Shown here: positions 9,490-19,346 of the stretch, piece after piece
Layout: each line of letters opens with the position of its first letter
Position numbering within the stretch: the stretch's first letter is position 1
Assembly (NCBI GenBank): GCA_036382775.1
Contig: DASVHD010000036.1
Location: 18,657-82,656 of the forward strand
Origin: a bacterium
GTDB taxonomy: Bacteria; Hydrothermota; Tepidihabitantia; SM23-42; JAOAFX01
DNA: 64,000 nt
Direction of reading: 5' to 3'
The notes under the pieces: generated by a model
Database searches by the model: none
What the model saw: the letters and a program-made list of their open reading frames with translations, nothing else
What the model was told of the DNA's origin: nothing
Position numbers and translations under genes: made by a program

Positions 9490-11496
9490 TCATTGCTTTT
9501 CGCGGTGGGCGAAATTGACCCTGTTGCCCCCCATCTGTTTTGCTTCGTAGCATGCCTGGTCAGCCAGATGTATCAACATCACGCTGTCTTTGCCGTCGAG
9601 AGGGAACGTGGAAATGCCGATGCTGAGAGTAACAGGAGGGTCGATGTCCTGGGCTAAGATCTTACCCCGCATGCGGTCTGCTGCCTCGAGCGCAAAAGTC
9701 GCCTCGGTCTCGGGTAGGATCGCCACGAATTCATCGCCTCCGTACCGGCACAGGAAGTCAACATCCCTGATCGATTCCTTCATTATCTGGCTGAGCTTGA
9801 TCAGGATCTTATCCCCGGCCAGGTGTCCGTACGCGTCGTTATAGGATTTAAAATTGTCAAAGTCAATCATCAGCACGGCGAAGGGCCGGCGGTACCGCTC
9901 GGCGCGTTTGATCTCAGCATCGATCAGGACCTCGAAGTTACGGCGGTTTGGCAGGGTGGTCAGGGGATCGGTCAGCGACAGCCTTCTTGCTTCTTCATAC
10001 AGCCGCGAGTTCTCGAGCGCGATCGCGATCTGCGCGCTGAGCGTGGAAAGCAGGTTGATGTCATCCTGGGTAAAACCGTCGAATACCGGGCTTTCGACAT
10101 CGAGCACGCCGACCAGCCGTTCGCCGATCATCAGCGGTAAGCAGACCTCGCTCTTCGCTTCCTTGACCCCCACGACATAATGCGGCTCCTTGGTCACATC
10201 CGGGGCGTAATGCATCTGCCGTGTCGCGGCCACATGCCCGGTGACCCCGACTTCGCCGATCTTGATCTTCATGTTCTTTACCGCTTCGGGATAGTTGATG
10301 TATGACCTCAGCTTAAGTTCCTGGTTCTCCTCATCGACCAGGAAGACCGCCAGGTTCAAATATCCGAAAAGATTGACCAGCCGTCGCAAGATATTGTTAA
10401 GCAGCTGGTCAAAATCCAGCGTGGAAATAAAGCTCTGCCCCACTTCATACAAGATCGCCATGTCCATGGCTTCACGGCTGATGCGCCGGTACAGGGAAGT
10501 GTTGTCGAGCGCGATCGCGGCCTGGCTGCAAAGCATGGAAAGATAATCGACCTCGTTGCGCGAGAATTCATGACGCTGGGTCGACTCCACGTACAGTATC
10601 CCGATTAGTTTCTCGCGGGCGATCAGCGGAAAGCCCGCGATCGACGCCCGCTGCTTCATGATCGATACGGGATTGGCGATATCATGTTCTTTGATATCGT
10701 TCATGATGACCGGCCGGCGCGTCCGGATCAACTCGCCGGACATGCCCTCGGAAAGCCGCGTCGGCGACACGTACTGCTGGTGCGTGAACTTGCCGTTGGC
10801 ATATTCAAATGCATCGGTGATTTTTTTGCTCATCTCATCGACCAGGATCAGAGTGCCGCTGTCGACCCTGGTGATGGCGACCGCGGTGGACAAGAACACT
10901 TCCACGATCTTTTCGACCTCAAATGATGACGTCAGCAGGATGCCGATCTCCTCAAGACCCGTGACGATCTGGCTTTTCTCTTCGGTCTCGCCCAGCAATT
11001 TGATGTGCTCGATCGCCAGGGCCGACAGCTTCGTGAAAAAATCAAGGCTTTCCTCATCCTGGAATTTTTCCTGCGGCGTGCGATAGTAGATGTTCAGACA
11101 TCCGATCGCCTCGCTCTTTAATATCAGCGGCGCGCAGACCAGCGACACCAGCCCCTCTTTCTCGATCCAGTCGACGGTGAAGTGATTTCCAATATTCTCA
11201 AATATCGACATAACATTGGGTACGAACCTAAATTTTTTCTTCTGGCATACGACCCCGGCGATCTCTTCGTCCTTGCGCACGCGCACGGCCTTAAGGTACT
11301 CGGGCGACAGATTGAAGGAACGAGCGATCGTCAGGTATTCGCGGTTTGAATCGAAGAGCATGATCGAAGACGCGGAGGCATTGAAGAACGAACAGGACGT
11401 CCTGGTGATCGTGTCCAGGACGCTGTCCAGCGTCTTGTTCTCAAGCAGCGCTTCGGCGATTTCGGCAAAACTTTTTGACCATTCGTGTGCGAACAT
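9490..11496 (-). CDS. Sensor diguanylate cyclase with multiple GAF domains and a GGDEF domain
   Basis: The C-terminal region 'PLTTLPNRRNFE...RYGGDEFVAILPET' is a GGDEF domain. Several GAF-like blocks lie upstream of it. Confidence 0.9.
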   Translation of the reverse strand: MFAHEWSKSFAEIAEALLENKTLDSVLDTITRTSCSFFNASASSIMLFDSNREYLTIARSFNLSPEYLKAVRVRKDEEIAGVVCQKKKFRFVPNVMSIFENIGNHFTVDWIEKEGLVSLVCAPLILKSEAIGCLNIYYRTPQEKFQDEESLDFFTKLSALAIEHIKLLGETEEKSQIVTGLEEIGILLTSSFEVEKIVEVFLSTAVAITRVDSGTLILVDEMSKKITDAFEYANGKFTHQQYVSPTRLSEGMSGELIRTRRPVIMNDIKEHDIANPVSIMKQRASIAGFPLIAREKLIGILYVESTQRHEFSRNEVDYLSMLCSQAAIALDNTSLYRRISREAMDMAILYEVGQSFISTLDFDQLLNNILRRLVNLFGYLNLAVFLVDEENQELKLRSYINYPEAVKNMKIKIGEVGVTGHVAATRQMHYAPDVTKEPHYVVGVKEAKSEVCLPLMIGERLVGVLDVESPVFDGFTQDDINLLSTLSAQIAIALENSRLYEEARRLSLTDPLTTLPNRRNFEVLIDAEIKRAERYRRPFAVLMIDFDNFKSYNDAYGHLAGDKILIKLSQIMKESIRDVDFLCRYGGDEFVAILPETEATFALEAADRMRGKILAQDIDPPVTLSIGISTFPLDGKDSVMLIHLADQACYEAKQMGGNRVNFAHREKQ

Positions 11497-11529
11497 TATA
11501 TGAATATTATAACAATGCTGGTTTTAATG

Positions 11530-13038
11530 TCAAGATACCCGGTCGCTCCGCGCTGGCGGGCCGTTCTTTTTGAAAGGCGCCACAATGCTCGCAAGCAGCA
11601 ACGCGGTCGCGATGATCAGCGAACCGACCGGCAGCAGGTCGCCGACGGTATTATATACGGTTTTTGAATGATCCGGATATATCTCCCGCACCAGAATGTC
11701 CTCTTTAAAGAGACCGCACGTGCCGAGGATCCGGCCATATTCGTCGGTCACCATTGATATACCCGTGTTGGCGCAACGGACCAGGGGGACACCGTTCTCA
11801 ACGGCTCTCAGGATCGCCATGTCATTATGCTGCTGGGACCCCGAGATACGGCCGAACCAGCCATCATTAGTGATGTTGACCAAAAAATGAGCGCCCTCTC
11901 TGACAAACCGGCGCGACAGCTCGGGGAATATCGATTCGAAACAGATAAGACACGAGAAAGCGGCGTTTTTTAACCGGAACACCGTAAAATCAGATCCCGG
12001 GTCGTAATCGCCTTCGCCCAGGTCGACTTTTCTGAACAAGGGCACGTACCGGTCGTAAGGGATATGTTCGCCGAACGGCACCAGGTGCACCTTTCTGTAT
12101 TCCTGCCGCAGCACCGAACCCGGTTCCATCAGCACGGCGCCGTTATAGATATTCTTGTGGTTCTGGTCGTAAATCGGCGTGCCGCTCAGCAGCGGCGTCT
12201 GCACCGAATCGACGAACGCAAAGACTTTTTTCTGAAACACGTTGGCCGATTTAAGGAAAATCGGCGTTGCACTCTCCGGCCAGATTATGATATCGCAGGG
12301 AGCACGGTATTGAACCCGAGCGTATTCAACGCACCGGGCTGACAGGTCCAGCAGGCGGTTGAAGGTCTGATCCCTTAGCTCGCGGGTGAATTTCAAATTG
12401 GGATCGATATTGGGCTGCACAATGCCCACCACCAGCCGGTGTCCGCCGGCTTGGCTTTTCATACGGAAGGCGCCGTACACGACCGGCGCGCAGAAGATCA
12501 ATATTGCCGCGATGGCGTACTGCCACTTTCTCGCGCGCAGCAGTTTGTATACCGCCACGTTCAGCAGCACGAGCCATAGGGATAACCCATACAGGCCATA
12601 TACCGAAGCCTGCTGGATAACGAGAGGGTAATGCGTCTGGCTATATCCAAGGGAAAGCCACGGGAACCCGATTTCACCGATACCCTTGACCAGCTCCAGC
12701 CCCGAAATGAACAGCGGCAGGCACCAGAGGCTGGTCTGCACGCTGGCCGCGAAGCTGACCGCGAAAAAAAGGCCGTGATAAAGGAAGAGCAGGACCACGC
12801 CGAAGATCATGATTAGCTTTACCGTGGCCGGGATCTGCAGGAAGATTATCCAGAACAGCGAGAACAGCGCGAAGCAAGAGCCGAATGCAAGCCCGATGGC
12901 GAACGCACGCCTCGGCGTTGCCCGGTCAATGACGAACAGGACCGGCACCAGGCCAACCCACGCCAGGAAATGCAGCGGCAAAGGATGGAACGAAAGGGAT
13001 AGGAGCAATGCGGAAAGAAGGACGAGAAAGACGGTCAA
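11530..13038 (-). CDS. lnt: Apolipoprotein N-acyltransferase
   Basis: An N-terminal block of eight transmembrane segments is followed by a CN-hydrolase domain with 'IIWPESA' and 'CFESIFPE...NITNDGWF'. Confidence 0.9.
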   Translation of the reverse strand: MTVFLVLLSALLLSLSFHPLPLHFLAWVGLVPVLFVIDRATPRRAFAIGLAFGSCFALFSLFWIIFLQIPATVKLIMIFGVVLLFLYHGLFFAVSFAASVQTSLWCLPLFISGLELVKGIGEIGFPWLSLGYSQTHYPLVIQQASVYGLYGLSLWLVLLNVAVYKLLRARKWQYAIAAILIFCAPVVYGAFRMKSQAGGHRLVVGIVQPNIDPNLKFTRELRDQTFNRLLDLSARCVEYARVQYRAPCDIIIWPESATPIFLKSANVFQKKVFAFVDSVQTPLLSGTPIYDQNHKNIYNGAVLMEPGSVLRQEYRKVHLVPFGEHIPYDRYVPLFRKVDLGEGDYDPGSDFTVFRLKNAAFSCLICFESIFPELSRRFVREGAHFLVNITNDGWFGRISGSQQHNDMAILRAVENGVPLVRCANTGISMVTDEYGRILGTCGLFKEDILVREIYPDHSKTVYNTVGDLLPVGSLIIATALLLASIVAPFKKNGPPARSDRVS

Positions 13039-13067
13039 ATTAACGGTGATTCAAGGAATAGCGGTTC

Positions 13068-14075
13068 TTAAATCTTGACGAGCTTCTGCTTCTTGGCTGA
13101 CTCATAAAAGGCATCGGTTATCTTCGCGATCATCAGGCCTTCTTCGCAGCCGAAAGGCATTTTAGCGTTCTTCAGCAGCGAATCAATGAAGAACTGCGTC
13201 TGCAGTTCATAGCTGACGCGGTAGATGTTCTTCTGCGGGAAAGTGGGCGTGACATTGACCAGCTCATTGTGCAACTCTTTCTGGATCTTCAGGGGGTTGA
13301 GCAGTGCAGCGCCCTTTTTACCGAAAGCATTGCAGTAGAGAAAATCCTTTTCGAAGATCAATGACCAGCTGACCTCGATGGTCAGCAGCGTGCCGTCGTC
13401 ATAATTGATGATGCACATCGCGGTGTCCTCGACCGCGGCATCGATCTCCTTCTTGTGCGTCGAGGCGAAGATCGTCGACATGCTTTTATCTTCCAGCAAA
13501 TAGGTGGTAATATCGAGGAGCGCAGATCCCAGGCTCAAAAAAGCGCCGCCGCCGCTTTTCAGCTGGTCCTGGCGCCACGGGTGAAGTATCCATTCACTCG
13601 CGCCGATCAGCCAGCCCGCCTTGAGATAGTAGATATCCCCAAGCTCACCTTCCTCAATGAACTTCTTCAGCGTCTGGACGTCCGGACGCAGGCGGTTGTT
13701 CATGGCGACCGCCAGTTTCCGTTTTTCCTTGCGCGCGACGCGGACCATTTCCTGGGCATCCTTGTAAGTCGTCGCCATGGGCATCTCGACGAGCACATCC
13801 TTCCCGAATTCCATCGCTGCGATGGCCATCGGTGCGTGAAGGAAGTTCGGCGTGGCGATGACAATGGCGTCCAGCTGGTCGTTCTGGATCATCTCCTGGA
13901 AATCCTGGTAGCGGCTCGGGATATTGTATTTGGCGCCCAAATGGTCGATCTTTCGTATATCCGTGTCGCAGAGCGCCATCAAGTTGCACTGGGGGTTGGA
14001 CCGGAACACGGGGAAATGCACGATCTGGGCATGAGCGCCGCAGCCTGCGATCCCGATGTTAAGCGTGTTCTTCAT
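13068..14075 (-). CDS. Oxidoreductase of the Gfo/Idh/MocA family
   Basis: A Rossmann motif 'IGIAGCGAHAQIVHFP' and 'AIVIATPNFLHAPMAIAAMEFGKDVLVEMP' are present. Confidence 0.85.
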   Translation of the reverse strand: MKNTLNIGIAGCGAHAQIVHFPVFRSNPQCNLMALCDTDIRKIDHLGAKYNIPSRYQDFQEMIQNDQLDAIVIATPNFLHAPMAIAAMEFGKDVLVEMPMATTYKDAQEMVRVARKEKRKLAVAMNNRLRPDVQTLKKFIEEGELGDIYYLKAGWLIGASEWILHPWRQDQLKSGGGAFLSLGSALLDITTYLLEDKSMSTIFASTHKKEIDAAVEDTAMCIINYDDGTLLTIEVSWSLIFEKDFLYCNAFGKKGAALLNPLKIQKELHNELVNVTPTFPQKNIYRVSYELQTQFFIDSLLKNAKMPFGCEEGLMIAKITDAFYESAKKQKLVKI

Positions 14076-14085
14076 TAACGGGCGT

Positions 14086-15447
14086 TCAGACCCCTAAATA
14101 AAGCGTGAATTCATAGGGATGGGGACGGATATGGATCTCTTCGAACTCTTTTGTTTTCACTTCGATCCAGCGCTCGATCAGATCGCTGTTGAAAACATCG
14201 CCCTGGAGCAGAAAACTATTGTCCTTTTTCAGAGCGTTGATCGCCTCATAGGAGTTGGTCGGCAGTTTCTCCTTCCGGTCCGGATGCAGGTCGTTCTTTA
14301 TACCGTCGATCCCGGCAAGGAGGATCGCCGCGAGGGCAAGGTACGGATTGGCTGTGGCGTCGGGGATACGGTATTCAATGTCCATCATCTGCGTGTTTTT
14401 AAGGTATCCCGGCACGCGGATCGCGGACACCCGGCTGCCCATGGCAAAATCAGTGTAGGTCGGCGCCTCAAACCCAGGGATCAAGCGTTTATAAGAATTG
14501 GTGCTGGGGTTGGTAAAAGCGCACAGTGCTCTGGAGTGACTCAGGATGCCGCCGATATACCGGAGGCTGAGTTCGCTCAAGTTATACTTTTTGTTGCGGC
14601 CAAAGAACAACGACCTGGTGGGTGTCCCAAGGTACTGGTGCAGGTGCAGGCCATTGCCCGGTTCACCCAGCAGCGGCTTGGGCATGAACGTTATCCACTT
14701 ATTATTCCTCTGCCCGATCGATTTGATCAGGTACTTGGCAAGGAATATGCTATCCGCGGCCTTGACCAGCGGTTCGAACAACAGTTCGATCTCCATCTGG
14801 CCCTTGGGTCCTACCTCATGATGATGGTATTTGGACTTGATATCGCACGCGGCCAGGACCTCCACGATCGCGTTGCGCAGGTCCGAGTACCGGTCTTCAG
14901 GCGGTCCGATATGGTAACCACCGCGGTGCCGGATCGGGTAGGTCGGCACCAGCTGTTCGCGATCGCCGGACTCGAGCCGGAAATAAGCAAAACCAGGCCC
15001 CTCGCCATGATTGCATTTTTCAAAAAGATAGAATTCCAGTTCAGGCTGGAAAAAAGCTTCGGTGCTCAGTTCTTTTTTCAAAAATCGAGCGGCTTTATGA
15101 GCAATCGAGCGCGCGTCGCGCTCGAACGGCTCCAGGGTGGAGGGCACATGGACGCTGCACAGAAAAGAAATAGTCTTTTGTTCGAAAAAGGGGTCAAAAA
15201 AGCCGGTCGCGAGGTCAGGGAAAAGCAGCATGTCGCCCTTCTCCACGCCCTTGTAACCGGGGAGGCTCGACCCGTCGACGCCCACGCCGTCCGATGCGAC
15301 CTCATCAAAACGCTCAAAGGGGACAATTATGTGATGGAGCGTGCCGATCAGGGACGCGTATTTAAGATCGACGTATTTCACCCGCATGACCGCGAGTTTT
15401 TTCTTCAGTTTATTGATCTGCGCGTGAGATATTACTATCCGTGCCAT
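14086..15447 (-). CDS. glnA: Type I glutamine synthetase
   Basis: The GS catalytic signature 'KPLLGEPGNGLHLHQ' is present and the 453 aa length is typical of a GSI-type enzyme. Confidence 0.85.
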   Translation of the reverse strand: MARIVISHAQINKLKKKLAVMRVKYVDLKYASLIGTLHHIIVPFERFDEVASDGVGVDGSSLPGYKGVEKGDMLLFPDLATGFFDPFFEQKTISFLCSVHVPSTLEPFERDARSIAHKAARFLKKELSTEAFFQPELEFYLFEKCNHGEGPGFAYFRLESGDREQLVPTYPIRHRGGYHIGPPEDRYSDLRNAIVEVLAACDIKSKYHHHEVGPKGQMEIELLFEPLVKAADSIFLAKYLIKSIGQRNNKWITFMPKPLLGEPGNGLHLHQYLGTPTRSLFFGRNKKYNLSELSLRYIGGILSHSRALCAFTNPSTNSYKRLIPGFEAPTYTDFAMGSRVSAIRVPGYLKNTQMMDIEYRIPDATANPYLALAAILLAGIDGIKNDLHPDRKEKLPTNSYEAINALKKDNSFLLQGDVFNSDLIERWIEVKTKEFEEIHIRPHPYEFTLYLGV

Positions 15448-15498
15448 CCGAGGTATTATAGGCGAAAAAATGCGCTTGTCAATCTCTGTGTATTGCGG

Positions 15499-18444
15499 TT
15501 ATTTCAGCAATATGATCTTGTGTATACTACAGCGTTTTGTTGTTTCAAAACGCAGAAAATAGATGCCAGAAGATATGCCTTTCAAATCTAATCGATAATC
15601 TTTTACGCCCGGTTCCGCTTCAATCTTGAATTTCCTTATAATAACCCTGCCCACGACATCATATAATATAACGGCTACTTTTCCCTTTTCAGAAGCAGTG
15701 ACCCTTAAATTCATTGAGGTTCTTGCCGGATTGGGGAATACTTCAAACCTCTGTTCCCGAGGATGCGAAGCGAGTTTGTATTCAGCGATTCCTACACTCC
15801 TCCCGAAAAAGTGCATTATCGAATCGAGCAATGCAGATCTTGTCGATGGCGGGGTACTGTCGACCAGAAATCCCAATTCAAATGAGGATCCAATTGTTTG
15901 ATATGGCCCTGCATCATAAGCAATACCGCAATTGAAATTATCATTACTATCAAGGAATAATACAAACCCGCCTCCACTATCAGGACCCAGATGATCCATG
16001 TATTGATTCTCGCCCGCATACTCGAAATCCATATCGCTTGCGAACGATCCGGCCTGCCCCTGGATGGGTCCCATATTATTGTTGCCGTCGGCCATTGCCA
16101 GCAGATCGAATAAAGGACTGAAATCAAAACCGTTATTATAATGAGGATCATAGTACCAGACATCACCGCCTTCAAGATATGCGCACCCGCCGTATATAAT
16201 GAAATCAGACAGGGCGCTGGCTTGTGGACTGCCGTTTAATATGATATGATTATTGGGATAGACGCCGCAACATACAAAGATCGACTTGTATTTATTCAAA
16301 TCTTGAGGCAGCGTCGAATCATGATCGCCGATATATCCAAGGTCTTGCAGGATAAGATGAATATTCTCGCCTGAAGCCGGAGTATGGTCCGGGTTCCAGA
16401 TAAAGTAATCGCCCTTGCCGACCAGTATGGAAAAATCTAAAGTATCGTTGCAGTAACCTGCGCTGACGTTCATTTGCATGTCAACATATGTCATGGGTGG
16501 CGTACCGGGATCTGAACATAATATAAATAGATCGGATCCGTTGCACGCACTGCTGTCCGGTCCGATATGGTCGAATGATCCGGAAGAATCTATCACATCG
16601 ATATATGGAGAAAGCGAACGCAAACATGCTGTGACGCTGTCGATCGCCGCTGATCCTTGATTTTTTATCGTGACCATACAGGATACTGTCTCGCCGCATT
16701 CGAAGGAATTATTTCCGTTACCGCCAGCGATGGTCGCATATTGATATACTAAATCGGCTGCATGAACCTGCTTTTCAAAATAAGAACTCCAGGTGTTGTT
16801 ATTCGTGTCACGACAGATCAGTGTACAATTGATAATATGACAATCCGGGCAATCGGGCAAAATATTGAACCGGTAACCGCTATCGCCGGTGCATGCCGAA
16901 TCAAACGCGGCGATATCGCCAAATGCTCTCACCGAATCGTAAGGAGCAATGAATTCATCATTGGTCCGTAAACAACCGACAGTATTAATGCTACTGCTGT
17001 CACCAAAGTTTTCAACCCACGTCGGCAGGTTGATATCCTCACCCGGATTGATAATGTGGTCGTGATTGCCGCCGAGTGAATCATCAATAAATGATTTCTT
17101 ATAGATGACGTATGAACCAACTGCATGTTTAACAATCATAAAACCTTCATAGGGTTGAAGGTTCTCACCGGTCACAGTGATGTATATAGTATCGCGCAAT
17201 ATATGAGGATAAATGTCAAACCGTATAAACCCTGCCATATCGGTGCTGTCCAGGTAATATATTGCACTGTCAAGACCACCTGTCAAACAAACACAAGCAT
17301 CGCTAATCGGCGTCAGGTCGGCAGCTCTTTTTATGAAGACGGGAACCGAGGCATAAGCATATGTGACCGATTCAGGATACTGCACTATAATGGAACACGG
17401 CGTGGCGGTCCACAAATTCATCTCCGGATCTCCGATCGTTGTAAAGCCTAAATATTCAGCGGCATTCAACGGATATACCCTTTTGCGTGCCTTTTCGCAG
17501 CATTCCCCAAAAGTGCTTTTTTGATCGACAAACAATGCATCAAAAAATCCTTTGGTCAAAGCACTCCGATAATAAGCCGTTGAACCGGTCGAAGTGGCAA
17601 AATAACCTGCTGCCCCTCTCAAATTTGCAGGTGAACCGGTTAAAAACCATTTTTCCGCCATCGCAGGAGTTGCGCTCGTACCTAATGTAAAGCATGTCAT
17701 CGAGAGCACGATCGGCAACCTAGTTCCGTTTGCTGTCAGGTCTGCGTTAACATTGAAAGGTTCATACCAGTTATTCGTCGCCGATCCCCGGTAAACGACG
17801 ATAGACCTTCCGGCATTCACCGCATTGATAACGGAATCGTCATTATCACCATGAGTGTTTATAAAAGTATCGATCACGCTAAAACCGCTTTGTATCATTA
17901 ACGCCGCCATGTGTGCAATATCTGACCAATATATGGAATCAGACTGGCTGCCATCCATTCTGCTGATTAAAGATGCTTTGTTAAACCATGAAGTGTCCAT
18001 ACGGTTCGGTCTTTCTTCATAAGCAAGGATCTTATTGATAACCGTTTGGGCTTCCGTAGTATTATGAACGGTCAGCCGTCCTGACAGTATGTCATTGAAT
18101 ATTGTGCCGATAGTATTGGTGTAATAATTATCCGAATGCACGTCGGCAACTATCGGAAACGGCAGATAGTTGGGCGCACCAACGAGCAAAAGGTATTCCG
18201 GCTTTACTTGCCACGTATTATAGGCATCTGCAACATAGCTTTTTATCGCTGTTGAGTCGGCACCGATCTCAGACAATTTAACGATCTTTGATCTCATTCC
18301 TTTTCGATACTTCCATTGTGCCAGCGCGATCACTTGATTATAGTACGCATCATTGGTAATGATCAAATACCTGGCACCGAGATCCTGACCGTAGGACACA
18401 GTAAATAACATGATAAATATCATTAACTTATATATCATATACAC
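15499..18444 (-). CDS. Second C25-family gingipain-like peptidase, with no propeptide and with a T9SS C-terminal sorting domain, 981 aa
   Basis: A signal peptide is followed directly by 'ARYLIITNDAYY...YLLLVGAPNYLP', which parallels the upstream paralog. Candidate His is at 198 ('THGD') and Cys at 251 ('SMTCFTLG'). The CTD reads 'GIYFLRFETTKRCSIHKIILLK'. Confidence 0.65.
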   Translation of the reverse strand: MYMIYKLMIFIMLFTVSYGQDLGARYLIITNDAYYNQVIALAQWKYRKGMRSKIVKLSEIGADSTAIKSYVADAYNTWQVKPEYLLLVGAPNYLPFPIVADVHSDNYYTNTIGTIFNDILSGRLTVHNTTEAQTVINKILAYEERPNRMDTSWFNKASLISRMDGSQSDSIYWSDIAHMAALMIQSGFSVIDTFINTHGDNDDSVINAVNAGRSIVVYRGSATNNWYEPFNVNADLTANGTRLPIVLSMTCFTLGTSATPAMAEKWFLTGSPANLRGAAGYFATSTGSTAYYRSALTKGFFDALFVDQKSTFGECCEKARKRVYPLNAAEYLGFTTIGDPEMNLWTATPCSIIVQYPESVTYAYASVPVFIKRAADLTPISDACVCLTGGLDSAIYYLDSTDMAGFIRFDIYPHILRDTIYITVTGENLQPYEGFMIVKHAVGSYVIYKKSFIDDSLGGNHDHIINPGEDINLPTWVENFGDSSSINTVGCLRTNDEFIAPYDSVRAFGDIAAFDSACTGDSGYRFNILPDCPDCHIINCTLICRDTNNNTWSSYFEKQVHAADLVYQYATIAGGNGNNSFECGETVSCMVTIKNQGSAAIDSVTACLRSLSPYIDVIDSSGSFDHIGPDSSACNGSDLFILCSDPGTPPMTYVDMQMNVSAGYCNDTLDFSILVGKGDYFIWNPDHTPASGENIHLILQDLGYIGDHDSTLPQDLNKYKSIFVCCGVYPNNHIILNGSPQASALSDFIIYGGCAYLEGGDVWYYDPHYNNGFDFSPLFDLLAMADGNNNMGPIQGQAGSFASDMDFEYAGENQYMDHLGPDSGGGFVLFLDSNDNFNCGIAYDAGPYQTIGSSFELGFLVDSTPPSTRSALLDSIMHFFGRSVGIAEYKLASHPREQRFEVFPNPARTSMNLRVTASEKGKVAVILYDVVGRVIIRKFKIEAEPGVKDYRLDLKGISSGIYFLRFETTKRCSIHKIILLK

Positions 18445-18457
18445 CGAGTTTCAGTTA

Positions 18458-18486
18458 ATTATAAGGTCATTGATTATAATTGTCAA
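18458..18486 (-). promoter_or_regulatory. Consensus sigma70-type promoter for the C25 paralog at 15499..18444
   Basis: The minus strand reads TTGACA, then 17 nt, then TATAAT, and the ATG at 18444 follows about 17 nt later. A 9-bp inverted repeat TTGTCAAGG/CCTTGACAA overlaps the -35 element. Confidence 0.5.
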
Positions 18487-18589
18487 GGGCCAGGCGTCAT
18501 ATTTACCAGCGTTGGGCACCTTGACAATTTACATTCGAAATGACCCTGTGAAATGTTACCTTCAGGGTGTATAAAGTGGCGTGAACAAC

Positions 18590-19300
18590 TTATGGTTTGC
18601 GGCTGGACCGCAGGGATATCCGCGCGGCCAGGATGCTCAGTTCGAACAAAATGATGAGCGGTACCGAAATGATGAGCAGGGTGAACATGTCTGCGGTCGG
18701 CGTAATGACCGCGCAGATGATCAGGATCGCGACGATCGCCTCAGCCCGGTGCTTCGTGACCGTCGCTATTCGAACGATATCAAGCCTGATCAAAGTGAAG
18801 ACCAAAAGCGGCAATTGGAACATGATCCCGCATCCGAGCAGGCACCACAGCACGAAGGACAGGACCCCGCTGATGTTCATGATCGGCTTTAAGTTTTCCG
18901 AGCCGAACGAAAGCAGGAACCGCAACCCGAACGGAATAAGGATAAAATAAGCGAAGGTAACGCCGATCAGGAACAAAAGGATCCCGGATATGATATAACC
19001 CATGGAAACCTTCTGCTCTTTTTCGGTCAGGCCCGGTCCGATGAACAGCCAGGTCTGGACAATAATGAACGGGAAGGCGGCGAAGATCCCGAGGAACAAC
19101 GCAACCTTAACCTGCGCCGTGAACGCCTCGGTGGGAGAGAAAAAGTACGCGCTCCCGACATTGACGCGCTGGATTATGAAATCAAGCACGGGTTTCGCCA
19201 CGAAAAACCCGGCAACGGCAAAAATTCCGGCGACCGCGATCGAGTACAGGATCCGTTTGCGCAGTTCCTCAAGGTGGTCGATGAATGAGGCTTTGTTCAT
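18590..19300 (-). CDS. tatC: Twin-arginine translocase subunit TatC
   Basis: The protein shows six transmembrane segments and the TatC N-terminus 'FIDHLEELRKRIL'. Confidence 0.9.
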   Translation of the reverse strand: MNKASFIDHLEELRKRILYSIAVAGIFAVAGFFVAKPVLDFIIQRVNVGSAYFFSPTEAFTAQVKVALFLGIFAAFPFIIVQTWLFIGPGLTEKEQKVSMGYIISGILLFLIGVTFAYFILIPFGLRFLLSFGSENLKPIMNISGVLSFVLWCLLGCGIMFQLPLLVFTLIRLDIVRIATVTKHRAEAIVAILIICAVITPTADMFTLLIISVPLIILFELSILAARISLRSSRKP

Positions 19301-19346
19301 TACAGGATCATGGTGCCGCTGCGATCGGCCTGCCCGGTCAGGATCC

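Noticed and set aside
14119-15591. 490-aa plus-strand ORF overlapping glnA
   Set aside because: It is antisense to a glutamine synthetase with intact signature motifs. Long antisense ORFs of this kind are common in GC-rich coding DNA.
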